From Blastocladiella emersonii ATCC 22665 (taxonomy: Eukaryota > Fungi > Blastocladiomycota), in the NCBI GenBank assembly GCA_025594325.1, contig JANHCV010000001.1, positions 1,612,001-1,676,000 of the forward strand: 64,000 nt of DNA. Direction: 5' to 3'. The translations under genes and the position numbers were made by a program. Under the pieces are notes generated by a model. It saw nothing but the letters and a program-made list of their open reading frames with translations. It was not told the origin of the DNA and did no database searches. This document shows positions 63,322-64,000 of this stretch, piece after piece; position 1 is the stretch's first letter, and every line of letters starts with the position of its first letter.

Positions 63322-63809
63322 ATGACTACCGTCTTTTGCGCCGAGATGCCGAGATGCACCGCGACGCAAAGCGTGAGACAGTCTGTGAGTCGCGACCATG
63401 TGACGAGCGCGAGACGTTTCAGATCATGCATATGGACCTTTGTTCGTCGCAACGTGCGCGCTTGCCACGGGAGAGGATGATGGTTGATACTCGGTTTCTT
63501 GCCGTGTACCTCGACATCACGCCAAAATGTTTAAACCTCGGATCCCTTGAAGCTGTCGCCGAGTTGCGCGACTCGCTCTGTTTCAAGCTCGAACGCGTCC
63601 TGCGACGCAGTTCGAGGCGGAGCGCCGGACTCTCGCTTACTCTTCATTCATTCATCCCGCGGAAGAACTACACCCAAATCACGGCTACCATTGAAGAGAG
63701 CCTCCGGCGAACCGTCGTCTCGGGCCTCGATGACATTTAAAGCAGCAGCCCAGCTCTTAGCGCTACACTCTCTCCTTCATCGAACCTGCAGGAGTATTAC
63801 ACTCAAATC

Positions 63810-64000
63810 ATGGCTACCAGCGCACAGCACCTCCGCCTCACAGTTCCTGCAGATCCCACGGCCGACCGCCCGGCCATCTTCGTCACGCAATGGACCGTGG
63901 CGCGCTCCCCGCCATCTTCAACAACAACCCCTCGATCCACGCCAACACGATGCGCGTCCCGCACCCATACGCTGAGCAAGACGCAGTGTCGTACACCGAG
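63810..64000 (+). pseudogene. Second tandem GNAT copy with an apparent 10-nt deletion frameshift; truncated by the window edge
   Basis: MATSAQHLRLTVPADPTADRPAIFVTQWT aligns to copy 1. Between WT and PAIFN there are 11 nt (63897-63907) where copy 1 has 21 nt. The homologous PAIFNNNPSIHANTMRVPHPY resumes in another frame. Confidence 0.7.

Noticed and set aside
63336-63740. 134-aa ORF between the two GNAT copies
   Set aside because: No coding codon bias or recognisable motif; likely spacer/promoter DNA.

Overview
This is gene-dense, very GC-rich eukaryotic (fungal) DNA, not prokaryotic. It holds about 29 protein-coding loci with short introns (mostly 52-84 nt; 5' sites mostly GTACGC/GTGCGT; branch points like GCTGAC/GCTCAC/ACTAAC). 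The gene content (FKS1-type glucan synthase, Mim1 and fungal mL58, alongside Y14, dynamitin, a PNKD-like hydrolase and an FBF1-like coiled coil) suggests a flagellated early-diverging fungus, most likely Blastocladiomycota; this is inference. Conserved genes: FKS1 (partial), MRPL20, MnmA/SLM3, ORM1, BCS1, Air1/2-like, RBM8A, MIM1, TRS31, DCTN2, a bZIP factor, condensin YCS4/CND1, HRD3/SEL1L and a METTL23-like methyltransferase. An accessory-looking block at 36.6-49.2 kb holds three tandem DH-PH RhoGEF paralogs flanked by two LRR genes, and a tandem GNAT pair at the right edge has a frameshifted second copy. The most unusual items are: (i) a Tyr/Gly/Ala/Asp repeat protein with no basic residues, divergent from the glucan synthase; (ii) the RhoGEF triplet with private motifs and differing introns; (iii) a methyltransferase start only 32 bp after the upstream co-oriented stop; (iv) a WCPPC thioredoxin with an extra N-terminal CX4C; (v) a 13-gene run of strictly alternating strands; (vi) a ~4 kb non-coding tract with tRNA-like A/B boxes. 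No rRNA, intact tRNA, CRISPR array or recognisable transposon ORF was found. All family calls are from recalled motifs, not database searches, and intron coordinates were read by eye.
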